Of a stretch of 64,000 nucleotides of DNA, positions 11,088-20,325 are shown piece by piece; the first letter of the stretch is position 1; every line of letters begins with the position of its first letter. Source of the stretch: an uncultured Pseudomonadota bacterium (GTDB lineage Bacteria > Myxococcota_A > Polyangia > Fen-1088); the NCBI GenBank assembly GCA_963847705.1, contig CAWKBC010000030.1, forward strand, positions 498,691 through 562,690. Reading direction: 5' to 3'. The notes beneath the pieces were generated by a model. It did not search any database, was not told the DNA's origin, and worked only from the letters and a program-made list of their open reading frames with translations. A program made the position numbers and the translations under genes.

Positions 11088-11795
11088 ATGCCAACGGCAA
11101 TCATCACCGGAGCATCCCAGGGGATCGGCGCTGGATTCGTCGAGCGGTTTCTCGGCGAGGGCTACGACGTCGTCGCGACCGCACTGCAGGCGACCCGAAA
11201 GCTCACCCCCTCGTCCCGCTTGTTGCTGGTCGACGGCGACATCGGCAAGCGCGAGACAGCCGCCGAGGTCGTTCGAACGGCGATCGACCGCTTCGGCGCC
11301 ATCGACGTCCTGGTCAACAACGTCGGGATCTTCCTCTCCAAGCCCTTCACGGAATACACGGCGGACGACGTCGACGCTCTGGTGTCGGTCAACGTGCTTG
11401 GTTTCGTGTACATCACCCAGCTCGCCGTGAAGCAGATGCTCGTCCAGAGCTCGGGCGTGGTCATCAGCATCTCCGCGTCGCTGGCCGATCACCCGATCGC
11501 GGGCGTCGACGCAGCGGTCTCCATGATGACGAAGGGCGGAATCAACACCATCACCCGGAGCCTGGCCATCGAGTATGCGAAGGCAGGGCTTCGCTTCAAC
11601 GCCGTCGCCCCCGGCGTCGTGAACACGCCCCTGCACGCGGACGAACCCAAGGATGACCTCAAGGCGCAGCAGCCCATGGGCAGCCTCGCCGAGGTGAAGG
11701 ACGTCGTCGACGCGGTTCTCTACCTGTCGCGCGCGCGTCAGGTCACCGGCCAGGTCCTCTACGTCGACGGCGGGGCGCACGTGGGGCGCTGGTAG
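11088..11795 (+). CDS. Short-chain dehydrogenase/reductase
   Basis: TGASQGIG, VNNVG, NAVAPG, VTGQVLYVDGG. Confidence 0.9.
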   Translation: MPTAIITGASQGIGAGFVERFLGEGYDVVATALQATRKLTPSSRLLLVDGDIGKRETAAEVVRTAIDRFGAIDVLVNNVGIFLSKPFTEYTADDVDALVSVNVLGFVYITQLAVKQMLVQSSGVVISISASLADHPIAGVDAAVSMMTKGGINTITRSLAIEYAKAGLRFNAVAPGVVNTPLHADEPKDDLKAQQPMGSLAEVKDVVDAVLYLSRARQVTGQVLYVDGGAHVGRW

Positions 11796-11819
11796 GCAAG
11801 TCCAGATGGCTGCCAGGCA

Positions 11820-11990
11820 ATGGGGCTCGCCGATCGGCTTGCCCGACGCCAGCAGGAAGCGCGCCGGCTCGCCCTCGCTGGCCACGATCGTGACGAACGC
11901 GCCGTCCTCGCCGGAGCTCGCGCTCGCCTGGCAGAGCTACCCGACCTGATTCCCCCGGGCCCGTCGAAACCAGAACCGCCCACCAGCATC
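11820..11990 (-). pseudogene. Pirin C-terminal fragment
   Basis: Minus strand reads EGEPARFLLASGKPIGEP, resembling the pirin C-terminal cupin; no intact ORF. Confidence 0.5.
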
Positions 11991-12065
11991 TGACATGTGG
12001 CGCCGCGGAGGCACCGCTCGGGGTGGCCACCACGGCCGCCCGCTGTGGTCTCCGGCCGCCGGAGC

Positions 12066-12341
12066 ATGAATCAAATGAGCACGTCCAGGGTGTTGGTCTA
12101 TTCCACGACGTATTGCGGCTTCTGCCGCCGGGCGGAGGATCTCCTCCGGCGCGAGGGCATCGCTTTCGAGGCCATCGACGTCACGGATGATGTGCATGCC
12201 CGCGCCGAGTTGGTCGAGCGCGCTGGCGGCCGGCGGACCGTCCCCGTGATCTTCGTCGACGGGCAGGCCATCGGCGGGTACCAGGAGCTGGCGGCCATGG
12301 TCCGGGGCGGCGGGCTGAAGCACCTCTCGGCCGCGGCCTGA
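12066..12341 (+). CDS. grxC: Glutaredoxin 3-like protein
   Basis: CGFC active site, RTVPVIFVDGQAIGG. Confidence 0.85.
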   Translation: MNQMSTSRVLVYSTTYCGFCRRAEDLLRREGIAFEAIDVTDDVHARAELVERAGGRRTVPVIFVDGQAIGGYQELAAMVRGGGLKHLSAAA

Positions 12342-12404
12342 CCTCGTTCGCGCAGTTGCGGGGGCAGGCCCGACCGTCGAGCGGGAACCGATCGGGCGTC
12401 TTGC

Positions 12405-13730
12405 TCAGCTCGCCGCGGGTGGCTCCTCGATGTAGAGCTTCCGTCGCTCGACATCGTGGTCGAACAGGTCCGCGTAGCGGCCCCAGGCGACCAGGGTCTG
12501 AAACACCCGATCGGTGTTTTCGTAGGGGAGATGGAGCGCGATCGAGCCGAGGACGACGTCCTCGTCGAGCTCTTGCCGCTCCGCCTTCCTGATCTGCTCC
12601 AGCACGTCCCGGAACAGCCGGAGCTCGACGACCTGGCGCTGGAAGAGCTGCTTGCGCTCCGGCGCGCCGCCCGCCAGAAATTGACGGCCCACCGGGGTGA
12701 GGTCGACGTCCTGGCGAGGCGTGTCGACCAGGTCCAAGAGCTCGCCGGCCTTCACCACCGAGAGAACCTTCCCGAACTCCCAGCCCAGATCGTCGACCAG
12801 CGAGAACACGTTCTCCCGCCCGCCGCGGTCGTCGAGCATCTCCAGGAGGCCGGAGATCTCGCTCGGGCCCGCGTCGGGGAGAGGCTCCCAGATCGGGGTC
12901 CGCGGCGGCGCCTTGGCCCCTGCATGCGCCGGAGCGCTCGCCGGCGCATCCGGGATCTCGGCCTCGGTGATGACGCCGTGGATCTCATCGACGAGCCGCT
13001 GAAACGCCGGCGCGCGGTAGTCGCGCGGGTAGGGGAGCTTGTTCTCGAAGATCCGACGCACGCGTCCTGGTCGCGCCGCCATGACGACGATCCGGGTCGC
13101 CATGAAGACGACCTCCTTGACGTCGTGGCTCACCATGAAGATCGTCTTCGGGTTGGAGGCGTGATCGCTCCAGAATCGGACCACCTCGCTGCGCAGGTTC
13201 TCCGCGGTCAGCGCGTCGACCTGGCTGAAGGGCTCGTCCATGCACAGGATCTCCGGCTCGACGGCCAGCGCCCGGGCGATCCCCACCCGCTGCTTCATTC
13301 CGCCGGAGAGCTCGCGCGGGTAGGCGTCCTCGAAGCCCTCGAGGCCCACCAGGCGGATGACCCGCTCGCTGGTGGAGCCGCACCTCGTCGAGTCGTTGCC
13401 CCGCGCCGCCAGCGGCTCGACGATGTTCTGGCGCACCGTCAACCAGGGGTAGAGCGCGAAGCTCTGAAAGACGATGGCCACGCCGGGATTGAGGCCGGCC
13501 AGCGCCTGCCCGCGATACTTCACCCCGCCGCCGACGGGTTGAATCAGGCCGGCCAGGATGCGCATCAGCGTCGATTTGCCGCAGCCGGACGGCCCCAGGA
13601 TCGCCAGGATCTCCTCCTCCCGGACGTCGAGAGACACATCGTCGAGGACCCTGACCTCGGCCCCGCTCGGCAGCAGGAAGGTCTTGGTGACTCCGCTCAG
13701 CTCGCAAAGCACAGGCGATGAATCGGACAC
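12405..13730 (-). CDS. NitT/TauT-family ABC ATPase with C-terminal extension
   Basis: GPSGCGKST, LSGGMKQR, MDEPFS; AGGAG RBS before GTG. Confidence 0.9.
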   Translation of the reverse strand: MSDSSPVLCELSGVTKTFLLPSGAEVRVLDDVSLDVREEEILAILGPSGCGKSTLMRILAGLIQPVGGGVKYRGQALAGLNPGVAIVFQSFALYPWLTVRQNIVEPLAARGNDSTRCGSTSERVIRLVGLEGFEDAYPRELSGGMKQRVGIARALAVEPEILCMDEPFSQVDALTAENLRSEVVRFWSDHASNPKTIFMVSHDVKEVVFMATRIVVMAARPGRVRRIFENKLPYPRDYRAPAFQRLVDEIHGVITEAEIPDAPASAPAHAGAKAPPRTPIWEPLPDAGPSEISGLLEMLDDRGGRENVFSLVDDLGWEFGKVLSVVKAGELLDLVDTPRQDVDLTPVGRQFLAGGAPERKQLFQRQVVELRLFRDVLEQIRKAERQELDEDVVLGSIALHLPYENTDRVFQTLVAWGRYADLFDHDVERRKLYIEEPPAAS

Positions 13731-13738
13731 GACAGCTC

Positions 13739-15502
13739 CTATCTCGACAGCGCGTAGCGCCGTTCGGCGAGTTGGTAGAGACGCTTCCAGAACAGCCGAT
13801 TGACCGTCACCACGGTGGCGGCCATGGTGAGGACCCCCGCGGTGAGGACCGGGAAGTCCCCGTGGGCCGCCGAGACGCTGATGAGCGAGCCCAGCCCCGG
13901 CGTCATCCGGATGGTGCCGGAGGCCTGGATGAACTCCGCCACGATGCTGGCGTTCCAGGCGCCGCCCGCGGCCGTCACCCACCCCGTGACGAGCTGGGGA
14001 AAGATCCCGGGCAGATAGAGGCGGCGCCATCGCTGGGCCCGACTGAATCGATAGACCCGCGCGGCCTCCTGCAGCTCGTTGGGGATCGACATCGCGCCGG
14101 CGATGACGTTGAAGAGGATGTACCACTGGGTGCCCAGCATCATCAGCACCACCGAGCCGACGCCGAGCGGGAGCGCCGCCGAGGCCATGACCGCCAGGAC
14201 CAGCGGAAACAGCATCGGCGCCGGGAACGAGGCGGCGATCTGGACCAGCGGCTGGAGGACCCCGGCCGCGCGCGGGTGCGTGCCGATGTAGACGCCCGCC
14301 GGGATGGCCCAGAGGGATCCCAGGATCACGGCGGCAGAGGTGCGCAGAAACGTGAAGGCCGTGTCCCGGCCGATCTCGCGCCAGGCAGCGCCATGAACCT
14401 TGGCCAGCAGGAGGGCGAGCTTGACGGTCCCCCAGATCGAAGCCGCCGCCAGCGCGGCCAGAACCGCGAGCACCAGCGTGAAGACGATGACGCTGCGGCC
14501 GCGCGGCCCCAGCCTCTCCAGCACGGGCTCGCGCCGGCGGGCCGCCTGCCTCGCTTCTCCCTCCCGCTGGCGCCGCTCGAAGAAGCGCTGGACCGCCGCA
14601 TAGAGCTGGCTCCGCCGCAGCAGCTTCAGGACCCAGGAGGTGTTCACCGACGCGCCCCCCACGTCCTCGAGCTTGAAGCGCTCGGCCCAGGCGACCAGCG
14701 GACGCCAGAACAGCTGGTCGACGACCACGATCATCACCGTCATCGCCACCACCGCGGCGACCATGGCGCCGCGATCACCGCGGTCGATGGCCACGCTCAT
14801 GTAGGCGCCGACGCCAGGAAGGCGGAAGTCGTGGTCCCCCAGGCGAAAGGCCTCATTGATGGTCAGGAAGAACCACCCGCCGGCCATGCTCATCATTCCG
14901 TTCCAGACCAGGCCCACGGTCGACGACGGCAGCTCGATGCGCCTGAATCGGCGCCACCAGCCGAAGCGGTAGATGCGGCCCGCCTCCATCAGGTCCTCCG
15001 GGATGGCCCGCAGCGAGTGATAGAAGCTGAAGGTCATGTTCCAGACCTGGGCGGTGAAGATCATCAGGATCGCCGCCAGCTCGAGGCCGGTGTTGGTGTG
15101 GGGGAAGAGCGTGGCCAGCGCCAGCACGATCCCGGGCATGAATCCCAGAACCGGGATGCTCTGCAGAATGTCGATCAGCGGCAGCATCACGCGATCGGCG
15201 TGGCGGACCCGGGCGGCCACGTATCCGTAGACGAGCGTGAAGAGCAGCGAGACGGCGAACGCAATCATCCCGCGGCAGAGCGAGAAGAAGGTGTAGAGGG
15301 GGAGGGTGCGCAGCTTGAGGCTGATGTCCACCTGTGCCCGCAGCGGCGCGTGCCACTCGACCCCGACCTTCGCCACGCCGTAGAGCGCCAGACCGAGGAG
15401 CAGCAGCGCGGCCAGGTCAGGCCACCCCGTGCGCCAGCGGATCGCGCGCGTGAGCGCGATGATCCTCGGTTGCGCGCGTTCGGTTCCGGCAGAGGCCGTC
15501 AT
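13739..15502 (-). CDS. NitT/TauT-family ABC permease (two permease domains)
   Basis: DILQSIPVLGF, WNGMMSMAGGWFF, GGAWNASIVAE; many TM segments. Confidence 0.9.
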   Translation of the reverse strand: MTASAGTERAQPRIIALTRAIRWRTGWPDLAALLLLGLALYGVAKVGVEWHAPLRAQVDISLKLRTLPLYTFFSLCRGMIAFAVSLLFTLVYGYVAARVRHADRVMLPLIDILQSIPVLGFMPGIVLALATLFPHTNTGLELAAILMIFTAQVWNMTFSFYHSLRAIPEDLMEAGRIYRFGWWRRFRRIELPSSTVGLVWNGMMSMAGGWFFLTINEAFRLGDHDFRLPGVGAYMSVAIDRGDRGAMVAAVVAMTVMIVVVDQLFWRPLVAWAERFKLEDVGGASVNTSWVLKLLRRSQLYAAVQRFFERRQREGEARQAARRREPVLERLGPRGRSVIVFTLVLAVLAALAAASIWGTVKLALLLAKVHGAAWREIGRDTAFTFLRTSAAVILGSLWAIPAGVYIGTHPRAAGVLQPLVQIAASFPAPMLFPLVLAVMASAALPLGVGSVVLMMLGTQWYILFNVIAGAMSIPNELQEAARVYRFSRAQRWRRLYLPGIFPQLVTGWVTAAGGAWNASIVAEFIQASGTIRMTPGLGSLISVSAAHGDFPVLTAGVLTMAATVVTVNRLFWKRLYQLAERRYALSR

Positions 15503-15672
15503 CGGGCCAGACCTTAGCAACACGCCCTTCTCGCTGGCCGGTCGATTCTCAGAATATGGCGGGGGACCTTTCGCGATCCAGGTCACGGACCTCCAGGTCA
15601 ACGTCGGATATCGGATCGACGTGACTGAAAAGTCACGCGCCCGGGAACAGCCAGGAGATACCCTCCGGCGCC

Positions 15673-16791
15673 ATGGCGAGAAAAAATCTGTGGGGATTTT
15701 GTGGTGTGACGGCCCTGGCCCTGGTCGCTCCGGCCGCACAGGCGGATCCGATTCGCTACGGGTATGTGGCGCTCGATCAGGTGCCGCTCCCCGCGCCCTA
15801 TACGTCTTTCTCGCCGGCGGCGATCGTCGACGGCCGGGTGTACGGGACGGTCTTCGACGACACATACACCATCGCCAGCGTCGCCGTGTACAGCCGCGGA
15901 GCCATCACGATCGGTCCTCCGGGAATTGCGACCGTCGCCAACGCCCGCGGGTCGATCGGCGGGCAGAGCACGTCCGGGCAGGCGGCCCTCTTCGAGCGGG
16001 GCGCGACCACCCTCGTCCCGGCGCTGCCGGCACAGGCCTTCGCCAACGTGGTCTCGCTGGGCGACGACGAGCTCGCGCTCATCCAGTCGACGGACAGCTC
16101 CTTCACCAATTCGTTCGCCTATTTTCGCGGGGGAAACGAATCGGTCATCGACTTCGGTCTGCCCGATCCGGCCGCCAACGCCTTCATGAACGGCGCCGGT
16201 GTGATTGGCCTGACCAAGAACCAGAGCCCGACGGACCATTTCGACCACGGGTACCGCTACGACCCGCGCACGCAGACGAGCACGCTCTTGCCCCCCTCGC
16301 CGGACCCCACCGACGTCAACGTCCTCATCCAGGGGATCAACGCCGGGGGAGACGTTCTCGGCTACTCGTTCACGGACTTCGCCAGCCCCGACTACCACGA
16401 GCGGGTGGGGATCTGGGACCGTCGCGGGGTCTTCCAGACCTACTTCTTCGAGACGCTGAACACGAGCACGCTGGTCTTCAACGATCGGGACGAAATCGTC
16501 ATCACCAACAGCTCCGACGGGAACAGCTATCTCGTGCCCACCCCGGGGACGCGCCTCGATCTGGCCAGCCTCACCGCGAACGTCCCGGCCGGGCTCCAGC
16601 TCTCGCTGGTCGTCTCCCTCGACAACGGGGGGAACATCACCGGCTTCGCCGTCGACGAGAGCTTCGACTTCTTCCCCTTCCTGCTCGTCCCGCTCGGACA
16701 CGGCGACCCGGATCCGGGCCCGGTCCACGTCCGGTGCGCGGTGCCGGCCTCGATCGCGCACGCCTCCGACCGGACGCACCCCCACAAGTAA
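15673..16791 (+). CDS. Secreted beta-rich repeat protein (HAF-repeat-like)
   Basis: Signal peptide AAQA|D; repeated xNxxGxIxG units. Confidence 0.7.
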   Translation: MARKNLWGFCGVTALALVAPAAQADPIRYGYVALDQVPLPAPYTSFSPAAIVDGRVYGTVFDDTYTIASVAVYSRGAITIGPPGIATVANARGSIGGQSTSGQAALFERGATTLVPALPAQAFANVVSLGDDELALIQSTDSSFTNSFAYFRGGNESVIDFGLPDPAANAFMNGAGVIGLTKNQSPTDHFDHGYRYDPRTQTSTLLPPSPDPTDVNVLIQGINAGGDVLGYSFTDFASPDYHERVGIWDRRGVFQTYFFETLNTSTLVFNDRDEIVITNSSDGNSYLVPTPGTRLDLASLTANVPAGLQLSLVVSLDNGGNITGFAVDESFDFFPFLLVPLGHGDPDPGPVHVRCAVPASIAHASDRTHPHK

Positions 16792-16888
16792 CGGGGACGC
16801 CGCCCGCCGCCGTCGCCGCCCGTTCCCACCCCCCCACGTGACCGAGGTCAAGACGGACGCGCCCGGGTCCTGTTATGGTGGCGTCCGC

Positions 16889-18304
16889 ATGAGCGCACGC
16901 GCATTCGGACTGGTTCTGCTGGGCGGCCTGTTATCGGCGACCCTTCCCAGCACCGCGGTCGCCAAGAAGTACACGCTCGACGAGCTGCTGGAGCTGGCAC
17001 GCACGCAGAATCCGGGGCTGCGCGCGGGCGACGCCGCGACGCGCGCCATGCGGGCGCAGGTGCGGGAGGCCAAGCGCAACTGGTACCCGCAGGGGGACCT
17101 GACCTCGTTCGTCGCGCCGGTGCCGCGGGTCGAGTGCGAGGGCCCGGGCCTCATGGCCTACCCCGCGCAGGATCAGAACATCCGCGAGCAGAATTGCGTC
17201 ACCACCAACGCCAGCCCCTCGCACGGGGCGCTGCAGTACCTGACCAACTTCGCGGGCGCCTATACGCGAACGGACGTGAAGCTGGTCCAGCCGCTCTGGG
17301 ACTTCGGCAAGATCTCGGCGGGCGTCAGCGCGGCCGAGGCCGGGGTGACGGTCACCACCGGACGCCAGGCGGGCGCCCGCGCCGACGTGGAGCTCAACGT
17401 GCGTAAGGCCTACTGGGGGCTCAAGCTGGCGCGCGAGCTGCGCTCGATGCTGGAGGAGGGGGAGGGGTACCTCGACAGCGCGCAGAAGAAGATCGACAAG
17501 CAGCTGGCCGACGGCAGCGGCAACGCGACGGTCAGCGATCGCCTGCGCCTGCGCACGGTGCGGACCGAGATCGAGGTGCGGTTGCTCGAGGCCAAACGCC
17601 AGGAGGCGATCGCGCTCAGTGGGCTGCGGGCGCTGCTGAACCTGGATCCGGGCGAAGATCTGGACGTGGACGACGCAGACTTCGAACCCCTCGAGGTCCC
17701 GGCCCATCCTCTGGCCTACTACGAGGAGGAGGCGCGGATGTCACGGCCCGAGGTGCGGACCCTGGAGTACGCCGTCAAGGCCAAGCGCGCGCTGGCCACC
17801 CTCGAGCACCGCAAGCTCTATCCGGATCTGGTGCTGATCGGGCAGCTCTCCTTCGCCTACGCGCCCACCATCGACGCGCCCCAGAACGCCTTCGCCAGCA
17901 ACCCCTTCAACGGGTACGGCGGCGGGATCGCGGCGGCGCTGCGCCTGCCGCTCGACTTCGGGCCCAAGCTGGCCCGTGGCGATCGCACCGGCGCCGAGGC
18001 CGACGAGATCGAGGCCCGTCGCGAGGAGATGCTGGGCGGCGTCGGCTTCGAGGTCAGCAAGGCCTTCCTCGAGCTGTCGGAGGCCCAGACGCGACTCGAT
18101 GAGACCCGCAAGGGCGAGAAGGCCGGCAAGTCGTGGGTGGCGGCGGTTACGCAGAACTTCGCGCTCGGGCTGGCCGACTCGCGCGACTTTTCGGACGCGC
18201 TGCTGCAGTCGTTCAAGATGCGGACCTTCGCGCTCCAGGCGGTGTACGACCTCAACGTCTCGACGGCGACTCTCTCGCGAGCGACGGGGACCACCGTTCC
18301 CTGA
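16889..18304 (+). CDS. TolC-family outer membrane protein
   Basis: Signal peptide, QPLWDFGK, VRKAYWGL, SRPEV, helical repeats. Confidence 0.85.
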   Translation: MSARAFGLVLLGGLLSATLPSTAVAKKYTLDELLELARTQNPGLRAGDAATRAMRAQVREAKRNWYPQGDLTSFVAPVPRVECEGPGLMAYPAQDQNIREQNCVTTNASPSHGALQYLTNFAGAYTRTDVKLVQPLWDFGKISAGVSAAEAGVTVTTGRQAGARADVELNVRKAYWGLKLARELRSMLEEGEGYLDSAQKKIDKQLADGSGNATVSDRLRLRTVRTEIEVRLLEAKRQEAIALSGLRALLNLDPGEDLDVDDADFEPLEVPAHPLAYYEEEARMSRPEVRTLEYAVKAKRALATLEHRKLYPDLVLIGQLSFAYAPTIDAPQNAFASNPFNGYGGGIAAALRLPLDFGPKLARGDRTGAEADEIEARREEMLGGVGFEVSKAFLELSEAQTRLDETRKGEKAGKSWVAAVTQNFALGLADSRDFSDALLQSFKMRTFALQAVYDLNVSTATLSRATGTTVP

Positions 18305-18326
18305 GGCCGGCTCCCGCCGGCAGCGG

Positions 18327-18671
18327 TCAGGGCTCCGGACAGTCAGGTGCGCCCGACGGCAGCGCCGGAGTGGTGGTCACGACGGCGACCGCCGTGGCGC
18401 TGTCTCCGACAGCCACCACCGGCGTGAGCTGTTTGGCGACCGTCTCGCAATTGGAAGCATCCTGCTCCGCCCTTTGTATGTTGCCCGTCTTGTAGAGAAC
18501 ACCGCCCTGCAATCGGTACTTGTCCGCGAGCTCCCGGTAATGGTCGGCTCGCGACTGCGCGTCCGCAGCCGTGGTCGGTTGTTCCGCCCGCGCCGCCAGC
18601 GGCGCTCCTGAGAGCAACCCTCCCAGCGCCAGCGCGGACAGCTTGGAAACCATGCTTCTGTTGGCCTTCAT
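18327..18671 (-). CDS. Small secreted hypothetical protein
   Basis: Signal peptide ending ARA|E; AAGGA RBS. Confidence 0.6.
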   Translation of the reverse strand: MKANRSMVSKLSALALGGLLSGAPLAARAEQPTTAADAQSRADHYRELADKYRLQGGVLYKTGNIQRAEQDASNCETVAKQLTPVVAVGDSATAVAVVTTTPALPSGAPDCPEP

Positions 18672-18942
18672 CGCGCGCCATCCTTTCGGTGGCTGAGCCC
18701 GCATTCGATTTGCGGGCCGCCCCCCATTGCAAATCTGGCCGTCGGATCGGCGTCGGCAAGACCGCCCGCTCCGGGGCAGTCTGCAGAGCTTCAAGGGTTC
18801 AGGTCCTCCTTGGTCGTGCGCCGGGGCTGAATCCAGGCTCGCGCCGACGATCGGCGAACGCTCGTTGGACGGTCGCCGATCGGCGCGACGCGATGGAGCC
18901 GAGCGGCCACTCTCAACCTGGGCCGGGAGCGTCGATTCTGCT

Positions 18943-19407
18943 CTACGTCAGGGGCGCGGCCGCGGCCGAGGGGGCCTGCCCGCGCCGACGGGTCACCGCC
19001 TGCGTGGCGAGCATGCCGAGCGCCATCGACGAGACCGCCACGACCGGAGCGATACGCCCCGCGCCGAGCGCCACCAAAGCAGGGCCGGGGCAATACCCGG
19101 TCAGTCCCCAGCCGATGCCGAAGATCGCCGCTCCCGCCAGCAGCTGGGCGTCGATGCGCGTCGCGCGCGGCCAACCGAAGTCGCCGCCCAGGAAGGGATG
19201 CGCGCGGCGTTTGGCGGCACGAAAGGTCCAGTACCCGACCGCGATTCCCCCGCCCATCACGAACATCAGGCTGGGATCCCAGTTCCCCAGCACGTCGAGG
19301 AACGCCTGCACCTTGAGCGGATTGGTCATTCCGCCCAGCCCCAGCCCGAGGGCGAAGAGAAGACCGCAGAGCGCCGCGACGGCGTTCTTCTTGCTCGCGT
19401 TGCTCAC
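18943..19407 (-). CDS. YeeE/YedE-family sulfur transport membrane protein (second subunit)
   Basis: GMTNPLKVQAFLD, WDPSLMFVMGG, FGIGWGLTGYCPGP. Confidence 0.88.
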   Translation of the reverse strand: MSNASKKNAVAALCGLLFALGLGLGGMTNPLKVQAFLDVLGNWDPSLMFVMGGGIAVGYWTFRAAKRRAHPFLGGDFGWPRATRIDAQLLAGAAIFGIGWGLTGYCPGPALVALGAGRIAPVVAVSSMALGMLATQAVTRRRGQAPSAAAAPLT

Positions 19408-19823
19408 AGCCGGCCTCGCGTCACGGCCACGGTCAGCATCCCGGTCGCGACGAAGACCAGCGTCGCCACGATGGACCGGGACGACAGACGGCTGATCCCG
19501 CAGAGCCCGTGTCCGGAGGTGCACCCGTTGCCGAGGGTGGTGCCCACGCCGACCAGGAATCCACCGACGGCCATGGTGGCGAGCCCGGTCGAGCTGCCCG
19601 GGCCGAAGACCCCCGGCGAGCCGAGGCGCCAGAGCAGGCCGCCGACCACCAGTCCCCCCAGAAAATACAGGCGCCAAGAGAGCTCGGCGCCCCGCGCGCC
19701 AAAGCTCCGTCCGAGGATTCCCGCGATCCCCGCGATGCGCCCGTCGAAGAGGATCAGGAGCGAGATCGCGACGCCCAGCACCAACCCGCCGAGGGTCGAG
19801 CCAAGTGGTGTGAAGCCCATCAT
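19404..19823 (-). CDS. YeeE/YedE-family sulfur transport membrane protein (first subunit)
   Basis: GRIAGIAGI, GNGCTSGHGLCGISRLS. Confidence 0.88.
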   Translation of the reverse strand: MMGFTPLGSTLGGLVLGVAISLLILFDGRIAGIAGILGRSFGARGAELSWRLYFLGGLVVGGLLWRLGSPGVFGPGSSTGLATMAVGGFLVGVGTTLGNGCTSGHGLCGISRLSSRSIVATLVFVATGMLTVAVTRGRL

Positions 19824-19910
19824 CGATGGAGTATAGGGGCGGGACTCGAAGGCGACCCGTCGGCTGGGCCTCGAGGTGCGCCCGGAGAAACCCGCTGACC
19901 AGAAGCGGGG

Positions 19911-20225
19911 CTAATCGCGGACGAGAGGAAGGCCGGCGTTCGCCCACCCGCGGGTGCCGCCGCTGAGGTTGTAGACGTTGGTGCGGCCTTCGGCCTCCGC
20001 GACCCTCGCCGCCGTCTGGCTGCGGACGCCAGCCGCGCAGACGAAGAGGATTCCGTCGCGCGGCAAGGTGTCCTTGGGCCTGGCCCTCAGCTCACCGAGA
20101 GGGACGAGGCGAGAGCCAGGGAGGTGTCCGCTCGACCACTCTCCAGGTTCCCGCACGTCGACCACGTCGAAGTCGCCATGCGCAATCAACTCCCGAGCCT
20201 GCTCCGGACCGATGGAGTGAATCAT
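19911..20225 (-). CDS. Single-domain rhodanese (sulfurtransferase)
   Basis: VDVREPGEWSSGHLPGS, CAAGVRS catalytic loop, LSGGTRGW. Confidence 0.9.
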   Translation of the reverse strand: MIHSIGPEQARELIAHGDFDVVDVREPGEWSSGHLPGSRLVPLGELRARPKDTLPRDGILFVCAAGVRSQTAARVAEAEGRTNVYNLSGGTRGWANAGLPLVRD

Positions 20226-20227
20226 GT

Positions 20228-20245
20228 TGTCTACTATAACGGATG
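20228..20245. promoter_or_regulatory. 18-bp palindromic operator, copy 1 (rhodanese promoter)
   Basis: Minus strand CATCCGTTATAGTAGACA, overlapping the TATAGT -10. Confidence 0.65.
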
Positions 20246-20325
20246 AAATGCTCGCATGCAAGACCATCCGTCGGTGCGGCCCCACGATCGCGGGCGGGCT
20301 GAGCTGGCAAGAGGGCCGGCGCGCG